Positions 46,366-55,596 of a stretch of 64,000 bases of DNA are shown here, in pieces. The notes beneath the pieces were generated by a model. That model was not told the origin of the DNA and did no database searches. It was given only the letters and a program-made list of their open reading frames with translations. Each line of letters opens with the position of its first letter. Within the stretch, counting starts at the first letter, position 1. The DNA lies in NCBI GenBank assembly GCA_049519175.1, contig JBEKQZ010000001.1, positions 107,311-171,310 of the forward strand, read 5' to 3'. Source of the stretch: Candidatus Levyibacteriota bacterium. Its GTDB lineage: Bacteria; Patescibacteriota; Microgenomatia; Levybacterales; UBA12049. The translations under genes and the position numbers were made by a program.

Positions 46366-47654
46366 CAATTACTTTTGTAGGACACGGATACGTGGGTTTG
46401 GTTTCGGCAGCGGTTTTTGCCGATCTTGGCAATACTGTTTGGGTGATTGGACATACCGAAGAAAAAATAAATAATCTCCAGAAAGGCATAATTCCAATTT
46501 ACGAACCGGGGCTCTCCGAAATCGTGCAAAGAAACGTTAAAGCGAAAAGATTATTGTTCACTTTAGATTACGATGAAGCAATTCAATCTTCAAGTGTGGT
46601 TTTTATTGCCGTTGGGACTCCTTCAAAAGCTAATGGTGATGCCGATTTGTCGGTCATTTACGAAGTGGCGGAAAAAATAGGCAAACATCTCGATGGATAT
46701 ACGGCTGTAGCGACAAAAAGCACTGTCCCGGTTGGCACAAACAAAAAAGTAAGAGAGCTAATTGAAAAAGTAAAACCGGAAAAAGCCACTTTTGATTTGG
46801 CTTCCGTTCCCGAATTTTTAAGAGAAGGGCAGGCGATTTCCGATACCCTGCATCCGGACAGAATAGTTATCGGCACAGATTCGAAGAAAGCCGAAGACAT
46901 TCTTGTTGAGCTGCATGAGTCAATTGACGGCAACTACGTTTTAACTAATATCGAAACTGCGGAAATGATAAAATATGCCGCCAACGCTTTCCTGTCTGTA
47001 AAAATTTCCTTTGCCAACGCGATTGCTTTTTTAAGCGAAGCGACCGGCGCAAACGGGTTGAAAGTTTTGGAAGGAATCGGTTATGACAAAAGAATCGGTA
47101 ATCAATTCCTTTCTCCGGGAGCAGGTTATGGAGGCAGTTGTTTCCCCAAAGACGTCAGAGCTTTAATCCACATTTCCAAACAAAACGGCTATCAATTTAC
47201 GATCTTGGAAGCGGTAGAAGAAGTTAATCGGCAAGCCATGCAGGCAATAGTTACCAAAGCCAAGAAGCTGCTTGACGGAAAAATTGACGGTAAAACAATT
47301 TGCGTTTTAGGTCTTTCGTTTAAGCCGGATACCGATGATATGCGAGATGCGCCTTCGATAACGATTATCAATGCGCTTAAAGAAGCGGGAGCTAAAATAA
47401 AAGCGTTTGACCCAATTGCCATTGAAAAAGCCAAGCAAAAAATTACGGGAATTGAATTTTGCGAAGACGCTTACGAAGCAGCCAAAGATACAGAACTTTT
47501 AATTATTCTAACCGAATGGAATGAGTTCAAGCAGCTTAATTTAAGCAAGATTAAAACCTTAATGAGAACTCCGGTTATTCTGGACGGAAGAAATATTTAT
47601 AACCCGCCGGAAGTTAAAAGATTAGGTTTTGTTTATCAGGGTGTTGGTAGATAA
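46362..47654 (+). CDS. ugd: UDP-glucose 6-dehydrogenase
   Basis: NAD-binding ITFVGHGYVGLVSAAVFADLG and catalytic Cys region (GYGGSCFPKDV). Confidence 0.9.
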   Translation: MTITFVGHGYVGLVSAAVFADLGNTVWVIGHTEEKINNLQKGIIPIYEPGLSEIVQRNVKAKRLLFTLDYDEAIQSSSVVFIAVGTPSKANGDADLSVIYEVAEKIGKHLDGYTAVATKSTVPVGTNKKVRELIEKVKPEKATFDLASVPEFLREGQAISDTLHPDRIVIGTDSKKAEDILVELHESIDGNYVLTNIETAEMIKYAANAFLSVKISFANAIAFLSEATGANGLKVLEGIGYDKRIGNQFLSPGAGYGGSCFPKDVRALIHISKQNGYQFTILEAVEEVNRQAMQAIVTKAKKLLDGKIDGKTICVLGLSFKPDTDDMRDAPSITIINALKEAGAKIKAFDPIAIEKAKQKITGIEFCEDAYEAAKDTELLIILTEWNEFKQLNLSKIKTLMRTPVILDGRNIYNPPEVKRLGFVYQGVGR

Positions 47655-47656
47655 TT

Positions 47657-48619
47657 ATGGCAAAGAAAATATTAATTACAGGCGCTTCCGGTTTTGTCGG
47701 CAGTCACCTCGCCGATTATCTCTCTTTAGAGCCAAATAACCATCTTTTTGGAACAACTTTTTCCAAAGGCGACTCCAGAAATTTAGACAAGAGCAAAGAC
47801 AAACTAGAGCTGTTAGAAGTTGATTTAAGCAAAGACGAAGCAGTTTTTTCACTCATTGAAGAAATAAAACCGAATGTTATTTATCATTTGGCGGCGTTTA
47901 CCTCGGCAGCCGATAGCTTTTCTTCTCCAAAAGAAACTATTCTAAATAACATTGCTTGTCAGATAAACATTCTCGAAGCCATGCGAAAAAGTAATCTCAC
48001 TGAAACGGAAACACTAGTTGTTTCTTCAGGTGAAGTTTACGGGAGCGTTATGAAAGAAGATCTTCCGATTGATGAAGCAACTTCTTTAAATCCGACTAAT
48101 CCTTATGCGGTTTCAAAACTTGCGCAAGATTTTTTAGGCAGGCAGTATTTTTTGTCTTATGGCTTAAAAACTATTCGTGTAAGACCCTTTAATCACGTTG
48201 GCCCACGTCAGTCACCGAATTTTGTTGTTTCGGCTTTTGCCAAAAAAATTGCGGAAATAGAAAAAGGGAAAAGGGAACCAATTTTGTCGGTTGGTAATTT
48301 AGAAGCAAAACGGGATTTTACCGACGTCAGAGATGTAATTAGAGCTTATGGCCTATTGATGGAAAAGGGTGAAATTGGAGAGGTTTACAATATTGGTTCG
48401 GGCGTTTCGCACAAAATAGCGGAAATTCTGGATCAATTACTTTCCTTAACCAAAGTTAAAATTACGGTAGAGGTTGATAAGTCATTGTTTAGGCCAATCG
48501 ATGACCCAGATTTAGTTTGTGACCCGACGAAATTGAAAAAGCTGACGGGTTGGGAACCGGAAATTCCGCTGGCGAAGACTTTAGAAGACACACTGGACTA
48601 TTGGCGAAATATTCTTTAA
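47657..48619 (+). CDS. rmd: GDP-4-keto-6-deoxy-D-mannose reductase-like NAD-dependent epimerase/dehydratase
   Basis: ILITGASGFVGSHL, ...YAVSKLAQDFL...RPFNHVGPRQSPNFV. Immediately upstream of gmd. Confidence 0.65.
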   Translation: MAKKILITGASGFVGSHLADYLSLEPNNHLFGTTFSKGDSRNLDKSKDKLELLEVDLSKDEAVFSLIEEIKPNVIYHLAAFTSAADSFSSPKETILNNIACQINILEAMRKSNLTETETLVVSSGEVYGSVMKEDLPIDEATSLNPTNPYAVSKLAQDFLGRQYFLSYGLKTIRVRPFNHVGPRQSPNFVVSAFAKKIAEIEKGKREPILSVGNLEAKRDFTDVRDVIRAYGLLMEKGEIGEVYNIGSGVSHKIAEILDQLLSLTKVKITVEVDKSLFRPIDDPDLVCDPTKLKKLTGWEPEIPLAKTLEDTLDYWRNIL

Positions 48620-48632
48620 AATGAGTTAGTAA

Positions 48633-49598
48633 ATGAAAACAGCTTTAATCACCGGCATTACCGGACAAGACGGACCATATTTGGCAGAATTTCTGCTTTC
48701 CAAAGGTTATAAAGTGGCCGGAACCGTGCGTCGGCTTTCCACTCCAAACATGGAAAATATTAAAGATATTGCCGATAAGCTTGAGCTTTTCTCAGCGGAT
48801 TTGCTTGACCAAAGTTCCTTAACTGATGCTATCAGGAAATCAGAGCCTGACGAAATCTACAATCTGGCTGCGCAATCCTTTGTAAAAGCTTCTTGGGATC
48901 AGCCGGTGCTAACCGGAGAGTTTACGGCGCTCGGCGTAACCAGAGTTTTGGAAGCAATCCGCACGGTTAATTCTAAAATTAAATTTTATCAAGCTTCCAG
49001 TTCGGAAATGTTTGGCAAAGTGACCGAAACTCCGCAAAAAGAAACTACCAGGTTTCATCCACGTAGCCCCTATGGCGTTGCTAAAGTTTACGGTCATTAC
49101 ATCACGGTTAATTACAGAGAAAGTTACGATATGTTTGCCTGCTCGGGAATTCTTTTTAACCACGAGTCTCCAAGGAGAGGCATAGAATTTGTAACCAGAA
49201 AAATTACTAATGGGGTTGCCAGAATAAAATTAGGCAAGCAAGCTAAATTGGAGCTTGGTAGTCTTGAGCCGAAAAGAGACTGGGGATACTCGGGCGATTA
49301 TGTCGAGGCGATGTGGCTGATGCTACAACAAGAAAAACCCGATGATTATGTTATCGCCACCGGAGAAAACCACAGTGTCAAAGAGTTTGTTGAAGAAGCG
49401 TTTAAAGTAGCAGACATTCCGGATTGGCAAAAATATGTCGTTGCCAACGAGTTTGAATATATGCGTCCGGCAGAAGTTGATTACCTCATTGGCGATGCAA
49501 GCAAAGCGCAAAAGGTGCTTGGTTGGAAACCGAAAACGAGTTTTAAAGAATTGGTTAAGCTAATGGTTGAAGCCGACCTCGAGAGAGAAAAAAAATAA
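48633..49598 (+). CDS. gmd: GDP-mannose 4,6-dehydratase
   Basis: [49 protein letters not shown]. Confidence 0.9.
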   Translation: MKTALITGITGQDGPYLAEFLLSKGYKVAGTVRRLSTPNMENIKDIADKLELFSADLLDQSSLTDAIRKSEPDEIYNLAAQSFVKASWDQPVLTGEFTALGVTRVLEAIRTVNSKIKFYQASSSEMFGKVTETPQKETTRFHPRSPYGVAKVYGHYITVNYRESYDMFACSGILFNHESPRRGIEFVTRKITNGVARIKLGKQAKLELGSLEPKRDWGYSGDYVEAMWLMLQQEKPDDYVIATGENHSVKEFVEEAFKVADIPDWQKYVVANEFEYMRPAEVDYLIGDASKAQKVLGWKPKTSFKELVKLMVEADLEREKK

Positions 49599-49599
49599 T

Positions 49600-50550
49600 A
49601 TGCAGACCGTATTAGTCGCCGGCGGAGCAGGTTTTATAGGCTCGCATTTATGCAAAAGTCTACTTGCCAAAAACTACAAAGTTATTTGTATTGATAATTT
49701 GGTCACCGGGGATAAAAGTAACATTGCGCCACTTTTAAATAACGAAAACTTCAGTTTTTTAGAAAAAGACATCACCAAACCTTTAGAAAATGTTCAAGCG
49801 GATTTTATTTTCCACTTAGCCAGTCCGGCCTCACCGAATAAAAAATCTCCCAAAAGTTACATTAATCTACCACTGGAAACTTTACTGGCAAATTCTTTGG
49901 GAACATATTATCTTTTAGAGTTGGCAAAAAAAGTAGGGGCAAAATTTCTGTATGCGTCAACCTCCGAAGTTTACGGTGATCCAAAAGTTTCTCCCCAGAC
50001 AGAAGATTATTTCGGCAATGTCAACCCAAACGGAGTGCGTTCAGTTTATGATGAATCCAAACGGTTTGGTGAAGCAATCACCATGAGTTATGTCAGAAGC
50101 GCCAATCTTGATGCCAGGATTATCCGAATTTTTAACACTTATGGTCCCTCGATGCAAAAAGATGACGGAAGAGTAATCTCAAATTTTGCGGTTCAGGCGC
50201 TAGCAAATCAGCCTCTAACCGTTTACGGAGACGGAAAACAAACCAGAAGTATTTGTTTTGTTGATGATATGGTTTTGGGTATTGAACAAGCGCTGTTTAC
50301 ACAAAATACCAAGGGAGAAGTAATTAATCTAGGCAATCCTAACGAAAAAACAATTTTAGAGTTGGCAGAAATTATTAAAAGGATTGCGAAGTCATCCTCG
50401 CAAGTTTCTTTCGAGCCGTTGCCGGAAGATGACCCAAAAATAAGAAAACCGGATATTTCCAAGGCAAAAAAACTTTTAGACTGGGAACCAAAAGTGAATA
50501 TTGAAGAAGGGCTGACTAAAACGATACAATATTTTAAAGAGATAGTATGA
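49600..50550 (+). CDS. uxs: UDP-glucuronate decarboxylase (UDP-xylose synthase)
   Basis: VLVAGGAGFIGSHLCKSLL, NLVTGDKSNI, YDESKRFGE. ATG 49600 is chosen; the ORF is open from 49567 inside gmd. Confidence 0.8.
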   Translation: MQTVLVAGGAGFIGSHLCKSLLAKNYKVICIDNLVTGDKSNIAPLLNNENFSFLEKDITKPLENVQADFIFHLASPASPNKKSPKSYINLPLETLLANSLGTYYLLELAKKVGAKFLYASTSEVYGDPKVSPQTEDYFGNVNPNGVRSVYDESKRFGEAITMSYVRSANLDARIIRIFNTYGPSMQKDDGRVISNFAVQALANQPLTVYGDGKQTRSICFVDDMVLGIEQALFTQNTKGEVINLGNPNEKTILELAEIIKRIAKSSSQVSFEPLPEDDPKIRKPDISKAKKLLDWEPKVNIEEGLTKTIQYFKEIV

Positions 50551-51677
50551 AAGCAATAGTTATAATTCCAACCTATAACGAAAAAGGGAATATCGAACGT
50601 ATTATTCCGGCGGTTGAAGAGGTCTTTAAAGAAGTCAAGAACTACGAAACCGGAATTTTAATTGTCGATGATGGTTCTCCTGATGGCACTGGCGAGATAG
50701 TCAAAGGTTTGATGAAGCAATATGATAATTTACACCTGTTGGAAGGTCAAAAAAACGGTTTGGGAGCAGCATATCTGCGTGGTATGACTTACGCAGTTAA
50801 TGAGTTGCACGCAGATGTGATGTTTGAAATGGACGCGGACTTTTTCCACGACCCAAAAAAGATTCCGGATTTTTTGCAGAAAATTGATGAGGGGAACGAT
50901 TTTGTTATCGGGACAAGATATAGCGCGGGCGGTTCAATTCCTGCAAATTGGGGATTACATCGGAAAATAATGTCGGTCTGGGGAAATTTGTTAATCAGGA
51001 CGATATTAATGCGGTTTGATATTCACGATTGGACCGGCGGATATAGAGCCATTAAAAAAGAAGTTTTTCTTAAAGAAAAAGAAAAGTTAACAGCTTTTTC
51101 CGGTTACACATTTCAAGTTGGTTCTTTGCTAAATGCCGTGCATGACGGATTTAAAGTGGCCGAAGTGCCTTTTCATGCGACAGACAGAACAATGGGAAAG
51201 TCCAAAATTCCCGGAATAAAAACGATTATTCAGACTTTATATTTTGTTATCACAGCCAGAATCAAAGAATTAGTCTTTGGTCCATTTGGAAAATTCTTGG
51301 TCGTTGGAGGAACAGGTTTTGTAATACAAGCGATAATCCTAAGGATTATGGTTGGAATTTTTAATATTGATCCTACAATTTCTAATCTTACAGGAGCAGT
51401 AGTTGCGATATTCTCAAATTATAATCTAAATAACCATTGGACATTTAAAACCGAAAAAATTAGCGGTTTTGGTCAGTATTTATGGAAGCTGCTAAACTTT
51501 TATGCCACTTCCGCAATTGGCGTAATTATTATTCAGACAGGAATAATTTTTTTAGGAGATACATTGTTCGGGAAAAAGTTTTACTTCCTTTATTTTATAA
51601 TCGGGACAGGATTTTTGCTGATTTATAATTTTACAGTTTATAGATTAATAATTTGGCGCAAGAAACCCTCTCAATGA
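50547..51677 (+). CDS. GT2 polyprenyl-phosphate glycosyltransferase (Dpm1/ArnC/GtrB-like) fused to a C-terminal GtrA-like membrane domain
   Basis: IVIIPTYNEKGNIERII, ILIVDDGSPDGT, DADFFHDP. C-terminal 4-TM region (FLVVGGTGFVIQAIILRIMV...). Confidence 0.8.
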   Translation: MKAIVIIPTYNEKGNIERIIPAVEEVFKEVKNYETGILIVDDGSPDGTGEIVKGLMKQYDNLHLLEGQKNGLGAAYLRGMTYAVNELHADVMFEMDADFFHDPKKIPDFLQKIDEGNDFVIGTRYSAGGSIPANWGLHRKIMSVWGNLLIRTILMRFDIHDWTGGYRAIKKEVFLKEKEKLTAFSGYTFQVGSLLNAVHDGFKVAEVPFHATDRTMGKSKIPGIKTIIQTLYFVITARIKELVFGPFGKFLVVGGTGFVIQAIILRIMVGIFNIDPTISNLTGAVVAIFSNYNLNNHWTFKTEKISGFGQYLWKLLNFYATSAIGVIIIQTGIIFLGDTLFGKKFYFLYFIIGTGFLLIYNFTVYRLIIWRKKPSQ

Positions 51678-53251
51678 AGAAAAAATTTCTATTCTCATTT
51701 TTTAATTTTCAATTTTTTGCCATGGTCATTATTTTGGCGATCGCTGCATTCATGAGGCTTTATAAAATTCAAGATTATATGACTTTCTTGGGCGATGAAG
51801 GCCGAGACGTTTTGGTTGTCTATAATATTTTACACGGACACTTGACGCTTCTAGGTCCAACCTCTTCGGTTGGGGGATTTTTCTTAGGTCCAATTTATTA
51901 TTATTTTATGGCGCCATTTTTGTGGCTGTTCAATTACAGTCCGGTTGGGCCGGCGGTAATGGTGGCGCTTTTTGGCATCGCCACCGTTTGGCTTGTTTAC
52001 ATCGTCGGTAAAGATTTTTTCAATGTCAAAGTTGGATTAATGGCTGCTCTTATTTATGCTATTTCTCCATTGGTAATTGTCTATTCAAGGTCTTCCTGGA
52101 ATCCAAATCCGATGCCGTTTTTTTCTCTTTTAACTCTATATTGTATCTATCAAGCTCTAAAAAAGAATAGTTTGAAGCTGTTTTTTGTTGCCGGTATTTT
52201 GTTTGGGATTGCCATGCAATTACATTACCTCTCAATTTTTTTAGGGATGGTAATAATCATCTACACTTTTCTGGCATTTCTTTATAAAGAGAAAAACTTC
52301 AAGGTCTGGACAAAATTACTGAAAGAATACCTCTCAATTTTCTTAGGATTTGTCATTGGCTGGTCACCGTTTTTGGCTTTTGAAGTCCGGCACGGGTTTT
52401 TAGATTTCAAAAACATTTTTAATTTTGTGCTATTTTCTGGCAAGACCGGAGCAAACTCCAATTACTTTGCAATTGTTTACGATGTGTTTTTCCGTGTTTT
52501 TGGCAGGTTAGTCTTTTATTTCCCAACGCCTGACCTGCAATATCTTTACAAGCCCTGGCTTTTGCCCTGGGAAGTTTTTGTTCTGCTATTTGCAATTTTT
52601 GCCTGTGGTACTATCTTCTTCAAACTTATTAAAGCGTATAAAGAGAAAAGCCAAGACTTCAGTAAATATTTATTGCTGATAGTTTGGTTAGTCGTTGGCA
52701 TCCTGCTTTTCGGATTTTATAAAAAGGACATTTATGATTATTATTTTGCTTTCATGTTTCCCTTGCCATTTTTACTGGTCGCGCAAAGTTTGGATTTTCT
52801 AAAAAAAATAAAATTTCTGAAAGTGGGAATTGTTCTTTCGCTAATTTTATTGGTTATAATAGTTGCTTTAAACCTTGATGGAATTCCATTCCAATATCCG
52901 CCCAACCGACAATTAAATCAGATGCGCTCCATTGCGGCATTTGTGATGACGCAAACTAACGCAAAGCCATTTAACTTTGCTTTAGTGGCAGCCGGAAATT
53001 CAGATTACGCTTACAGATATTTCTTTACGCTTTGGAATCATCCGCCGGTAACAATTGAAGATCCGGCGCATGACCCGCTGCGAAAAACCGTCACGAACCA
53101 ACTTTTCGTCGTTTGCGAAAGCCCGCTGCCTTGCGAGCCCTTAGGCAATTCATTATGGGAGATAGCGGGGTTTGGTCGGGCAGATATTGCCAACCATTGG
53201 AACGTCTCCGTCGTCGAAGTCTACAAGCTTATTCACTACAAAGGAAAATAG
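51674..53251 (+). CDS. ArnT/PMT-family (GT39/GT83-like) polyprenyl-phosphate-sugar-dependent membrane glycosyltransferase
   Basis: Polytopic, about 12 TM helices. The first loop has the family's DE-type motif (FLGDEGRDVLVVYNIL). ATG at 51674 (MKKKFLF); the ORF is open from 51653. Confidence 0.7.
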   Translation: MKKKFLFSFFNFQFFAMVIILAIAAFMRLYKIQDYMTFLGDEGRDVLVVYNILHGHLTLLGPTSSVGGFFLGPIYYYFMAPFLWLFNYSPVGPAVMVALFGIATVWLVYIVGKDFFNVKVGLMAALIYAISPLVIVYSRSSWNPNPMPFFSLLTLYCIYQALKKNSLKLFFVAGILFGIAMQLHYLSIFLGMVIIIYTFLAFLYKEKNFKVWTKLLKEYLSIFLGFVIGWSPFLAFEVRHGFLDFKNIFNFVLFSGKTGANSNYFAIVYDVFFRVFGRLVFYFPTPDLQYLYKPWLLPWEVFVLLFAIFACGTIFFKLIKAYKEKSQDFSKYLLLIVWLVVGILLFGFYKKDIYDYYFAFMFPLPFLLVAQSLDFLKKIKFLKVGIVLSLILLVIIVALNLDGIPFQYPPNRQLNQMRSIAAFVMTQTNAKPFNFALVAAGNSDYAYRYFFTLWNHPPVTIEDPAHDPLRKTVTNQLFVVCESPLPCEPLGNSLWEIAGFGRADIANHWNVSVVEVYKLIHYKGK

Positions 53252-53281
53252 AAATTCTTCAGATAGCATTCATGTTCCAAT

Positions 53282-53316
53282 AAAAAACCCCTTCCAAAAA
53301 GGTGGGGGTTTTTTAT
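53282..53316. terminator. bidirectional rho-independent terminator between convergent genes
   Basis: AAAAAACCCCTTCC-AAAAA-GGTGGGGGTTTTTT: an A-tract, stem and T-tract. Confidence 0.5.
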
Positions 53317-53357
53317 TATCTCTTGAAGGATAATTGTTCCTTCGAAGGATCTTCAAG

Positions 53358-53501
53358 ACTAGGCAGCTCCGATCTTGTACATTCCTGTACCACAGACTGG
53401 ACATTTGCCCTTGAGAGCTGGTTTACCATTTTTCATGGTAACCTTTTCCGCGTTTGCGTCTTCTCTCTTTTGTCGACATTTAACACAATACATTGTTGCC
53501 A
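53358..53501 (-). CDS. small zinc-ribbon protein (47 aa; two CxxC pairs), missing from the ORF track
   Basis: Minus-strand ORF MATMYCVKCRQKREDANAEKVTMKNGKPALKGKCPVCGTGMYKIGAA*. Perfect SD AGAGGAGGTG 8 nt upstream of the ATG. Confidence 0.5.
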
Positions 53502-53542
53502 TTTTATAATTCACCTCCTCTCAAGCCGCTTCTGCGACTAAA

Positions 53543-53833
53543 TTAGTAACTAATTCCGGGTATTATTAAAACGTGATTTCTAAGTAGGGTAAAAAGAATT
53601 ATTTGAAAAATAAAAATGCCTAAAGTTAAAAGCGCGGTTTTACGAAGGTCTTTGACAAGATATGGATATTGATTTAAAGCCACTATTTTTGGTGCATTTT
53701 GTGTCAACATTGGGGAAATAATCAGTGGCTGAGTTTTGACCGTAAGAGGTGTTTGACCAGTAAAAGTGTGGCTAAAATTGTGGCGTGCATCGGCTAAAAT
53801 TTTCTGTTCCCGGGTTTTTCTCTTCTTAGCCAT
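53543..53833 (-). CDS. hypothetical protein (96 aa; basic N-terminus and one C-terminal TM helix)
   Basis: ORF upstream of and co-directional with the zinc-ribbon gene. Promoter-like TTGACA-18-TAATCT on the minus strand 10 nt upstream. Confidence 0.4.
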   Translation of the reverse strand: MAKKRKTREQKILADARHNFSHTFTGQTPLTVKTQPLIISPMLTQNAPKIVALNQYPYLVKDLRKTALLTLGIFIFQIILFTLLRNHVLIIPGISY

Positions 53834-53854
53834 AAGTGAGCCTAGATTACACTA

Positions 53855-53873
53855 TTGACAGGGAGCCTGTCAA
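53855..53873. promoter_or_regulatory. palindromic element TTGACAG-GGAGC-CTGTCAA supplying -35 hexamers for divergent promoters
   Basis: Each arm reads TTGACA on its own strand. Plus strand: TTGACA-18-TAATAT then the ATG at 53896. Minus strand: TTGACA-18-TAATCT then the ATG at 53833. Confidence 0.3.
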
Positions 53874-53895
53874 GAGGCTAATATAAAAAGATATT

Positions 53896-54360
53896 ATGCC
53901 AACCAATCTCCTGTTTCTAATTCTTGCAATAATTCTTGTTTGGCTAGCTTCCCTTTCTGTTTTCTTCTGGAGAATTTTACAGCATTACAATAAGTTGACC
54001 AAGGGAGTCAGCGAAAAAAGTTTGCGAACGGTTTTGGAAGATCTGCTTAAAGATATGGATGTTAATAAAAAGGATATTGACTATCTAAAGGAGTATTCTG
54101 CTAGAATAGAAAAGGACGGACTTTTACATATCCAAAAGGTAGGCTTAATCAGATTCAATCCTTTTAAAGATACTGGTGGAGACCAAAGTTTTATTTTATC
54201 CCTAGTTGACGGAAAAGACACAGGCGTAGTTATTTCCGGTCTCTATTCAAGGTCCGGAACCAGATGGTATGCCAAAAGAGTCGTAAGCGGGAAAGGTGTC
54301 GATTACGAGTTATCCGAAGAAGAAAAGAAATCACTAAAAGAAACAAGCGCTAATTTATGA
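53896..54360 (+). CDS. DUF4446-like protein (N-terminal TM anchor)
   Basis: 154 aa; TM helix, then conserved-looking IRFNPFKDTGGDQSF...GVVISGLYSRSGTRWYAKRV and an acidic tail. Confidence 0.55.
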   Translation: MPTNLLFLILAIILVWLASLSVFFWRILQHYNKLTKGVSEKSLRTVLEDLLKDMDVNKKDIDYLKEYSARIEKDGLLHIQKVGLIRFNPFKDTGGDQSFILSLVDGKDTGVVISGLYSRSGTRWYAKRVVSGKGVDYELSEEEKKSLKETSANL

Positions 54361-55526
54361 AAAAAAATACAATCGTAATAATCATAACCGCAGTCGTTCT
54401 GTATTTATTGGCCACTTCGGTGTCTTATTTCCTTTTTATAAAAGTGTCGCCGCAAATCGTCAGTTCTCCTTTGCCTGCTCCAACCGCCGGCGTAAATGGA
54501 GCCTTGGTTTTTAATAATAATCTTCCTAAAACCGAAGCCTGCCCAATTAATGGAGTTTTATATTCCAAACAGCAAGAACAATGGTGGCAACAACATCGAC
54601 CCTTGGGAGTAATGATTGAAAATAGCGTTGATGCCAGACCGCAATCGGGGCTTTCTGGAGCAGACACTATTTATGAAGCGGTCGCTGAAGGTGGCATCAC
54701 CCGGTTCTTAGCTATCTATTATTGTCAGGATGCGGGCGAGCTTGGTCCGGTTAGGTCGGCCAGAACCTATTACGTTGATTTCATGTCGGAGTATGGGGAT
54801 TCACCTCTCTATGCTCATGTCGGCGGTGCAAATCAACCGGGGCCCGCAGATGCCCTTACGCAGCTCACAGATTACGGCTGGACTGCTTATAATGACTTAA
54901 ACCAGTTCTCTATCGGTTTTCCGACATTTTGGAGAGATTACGGCCGTTTGCCAAACGTTGCCACCGAGCATACTATGTATTCTTCGGTCGATAAATTGTT
55001 GGATTATGCAAAAACCAGCCGGGGACTGACAAACGTTGATAAACAGGGAGTTTCATGGGACAAAGATTTTGTTCCTTACACCTTTACCGACGATGCTCCG
55101 GCTTCGCAAAGACCGACCAGCCAGTCGATCCATTTGGAATTTTGGCAATCGGCCGGGAGCGATTACTTTGTTGACTGGACATATAATCCAAAGACGAATC
55201 TCTATGCAAGAGCCAACGGCGGAAAACCGCATATCGATAAAAATACCGGTAAACAATTAGCTGCCAAAAACGTAGTTGTTCTGGAGATGGTAGAAGATAA
55301 TGCCAATGACGGATACGTTGATAACGATCATCTTTTATTCGAAGATAAGGGAACCGGCACAGCAGTTGTCTTTAAAGATGGCAAACGAATCAACGGCACT
55401 TGGGAAAAAGATACCAGGACTTCCCGAACGATTATCACCGACGCAAGCGGAAAACAAATTCAATTTGACAGGGGACTGATTTGGTTCGAAATTCTGCCCA
55501 CGGATGGTGTATTAACTGTAAAGTAA
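54357..55526 (+). CDS. DUF3048 (YerB-like) domain protein, membrane-anchored
   Basis: N-terminal TM; RPLGVMIENSVDARPQSGLSGADTIYEAVAEGGITRFLAIY... core and the C-terminal DUF3048-C-like region. Overlaps the upstream gene (ATGA). Confidence 0.6.
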   Translation: MKKNTIVIIITAVVLYLLATSVSYFLFIKVSPQIVSSPLPAPTAGVNGALVFNNNLPKTEACPINGVLYSKQQEQWWQQHRPLGVMIENSVDARPQSGLSGADTIYEAVAEGGITRFLAIYYCQDAGELGPVRSARTYYVDFMSEYGDSPLYAHVGGANQPGPADALTQLTDYGWTAYNDLNQFSIGFPTFWRDYGRLPNVATEHTMYSSVDKLLDYAKTSRGLTNVDKQGVSWDKDFVPYTFTDDAPASQRPTSQSIHLEFWQSAGSDYFVDWTYNPKTNLYARANGGKPHIDKNTGKQLAAKNVVVLEMVEDNANDGYVDNDHLLFEDKGTGTAVVFKDGKRINGTWEKDTRTSRTIITDASGKQIQFDRGLIWFEILPTDGVLTVK

Positions 55527-55596
55527 TAGTTTGTGCCACTTGTAAATTAGATAATTGTTGATGTATATTAATCATCAAGAGTAAATAGAACAATTT

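Noticed and set aside
53302-53541. 79-aa plus-strand ORF listed by the track
   Set aside because: Low-complexity Cys/Ser/Phe-rich translation that runs through the bidirectional terminator. The minus-strand zinc-ribbon ORF with a perfect SD explains this region better.
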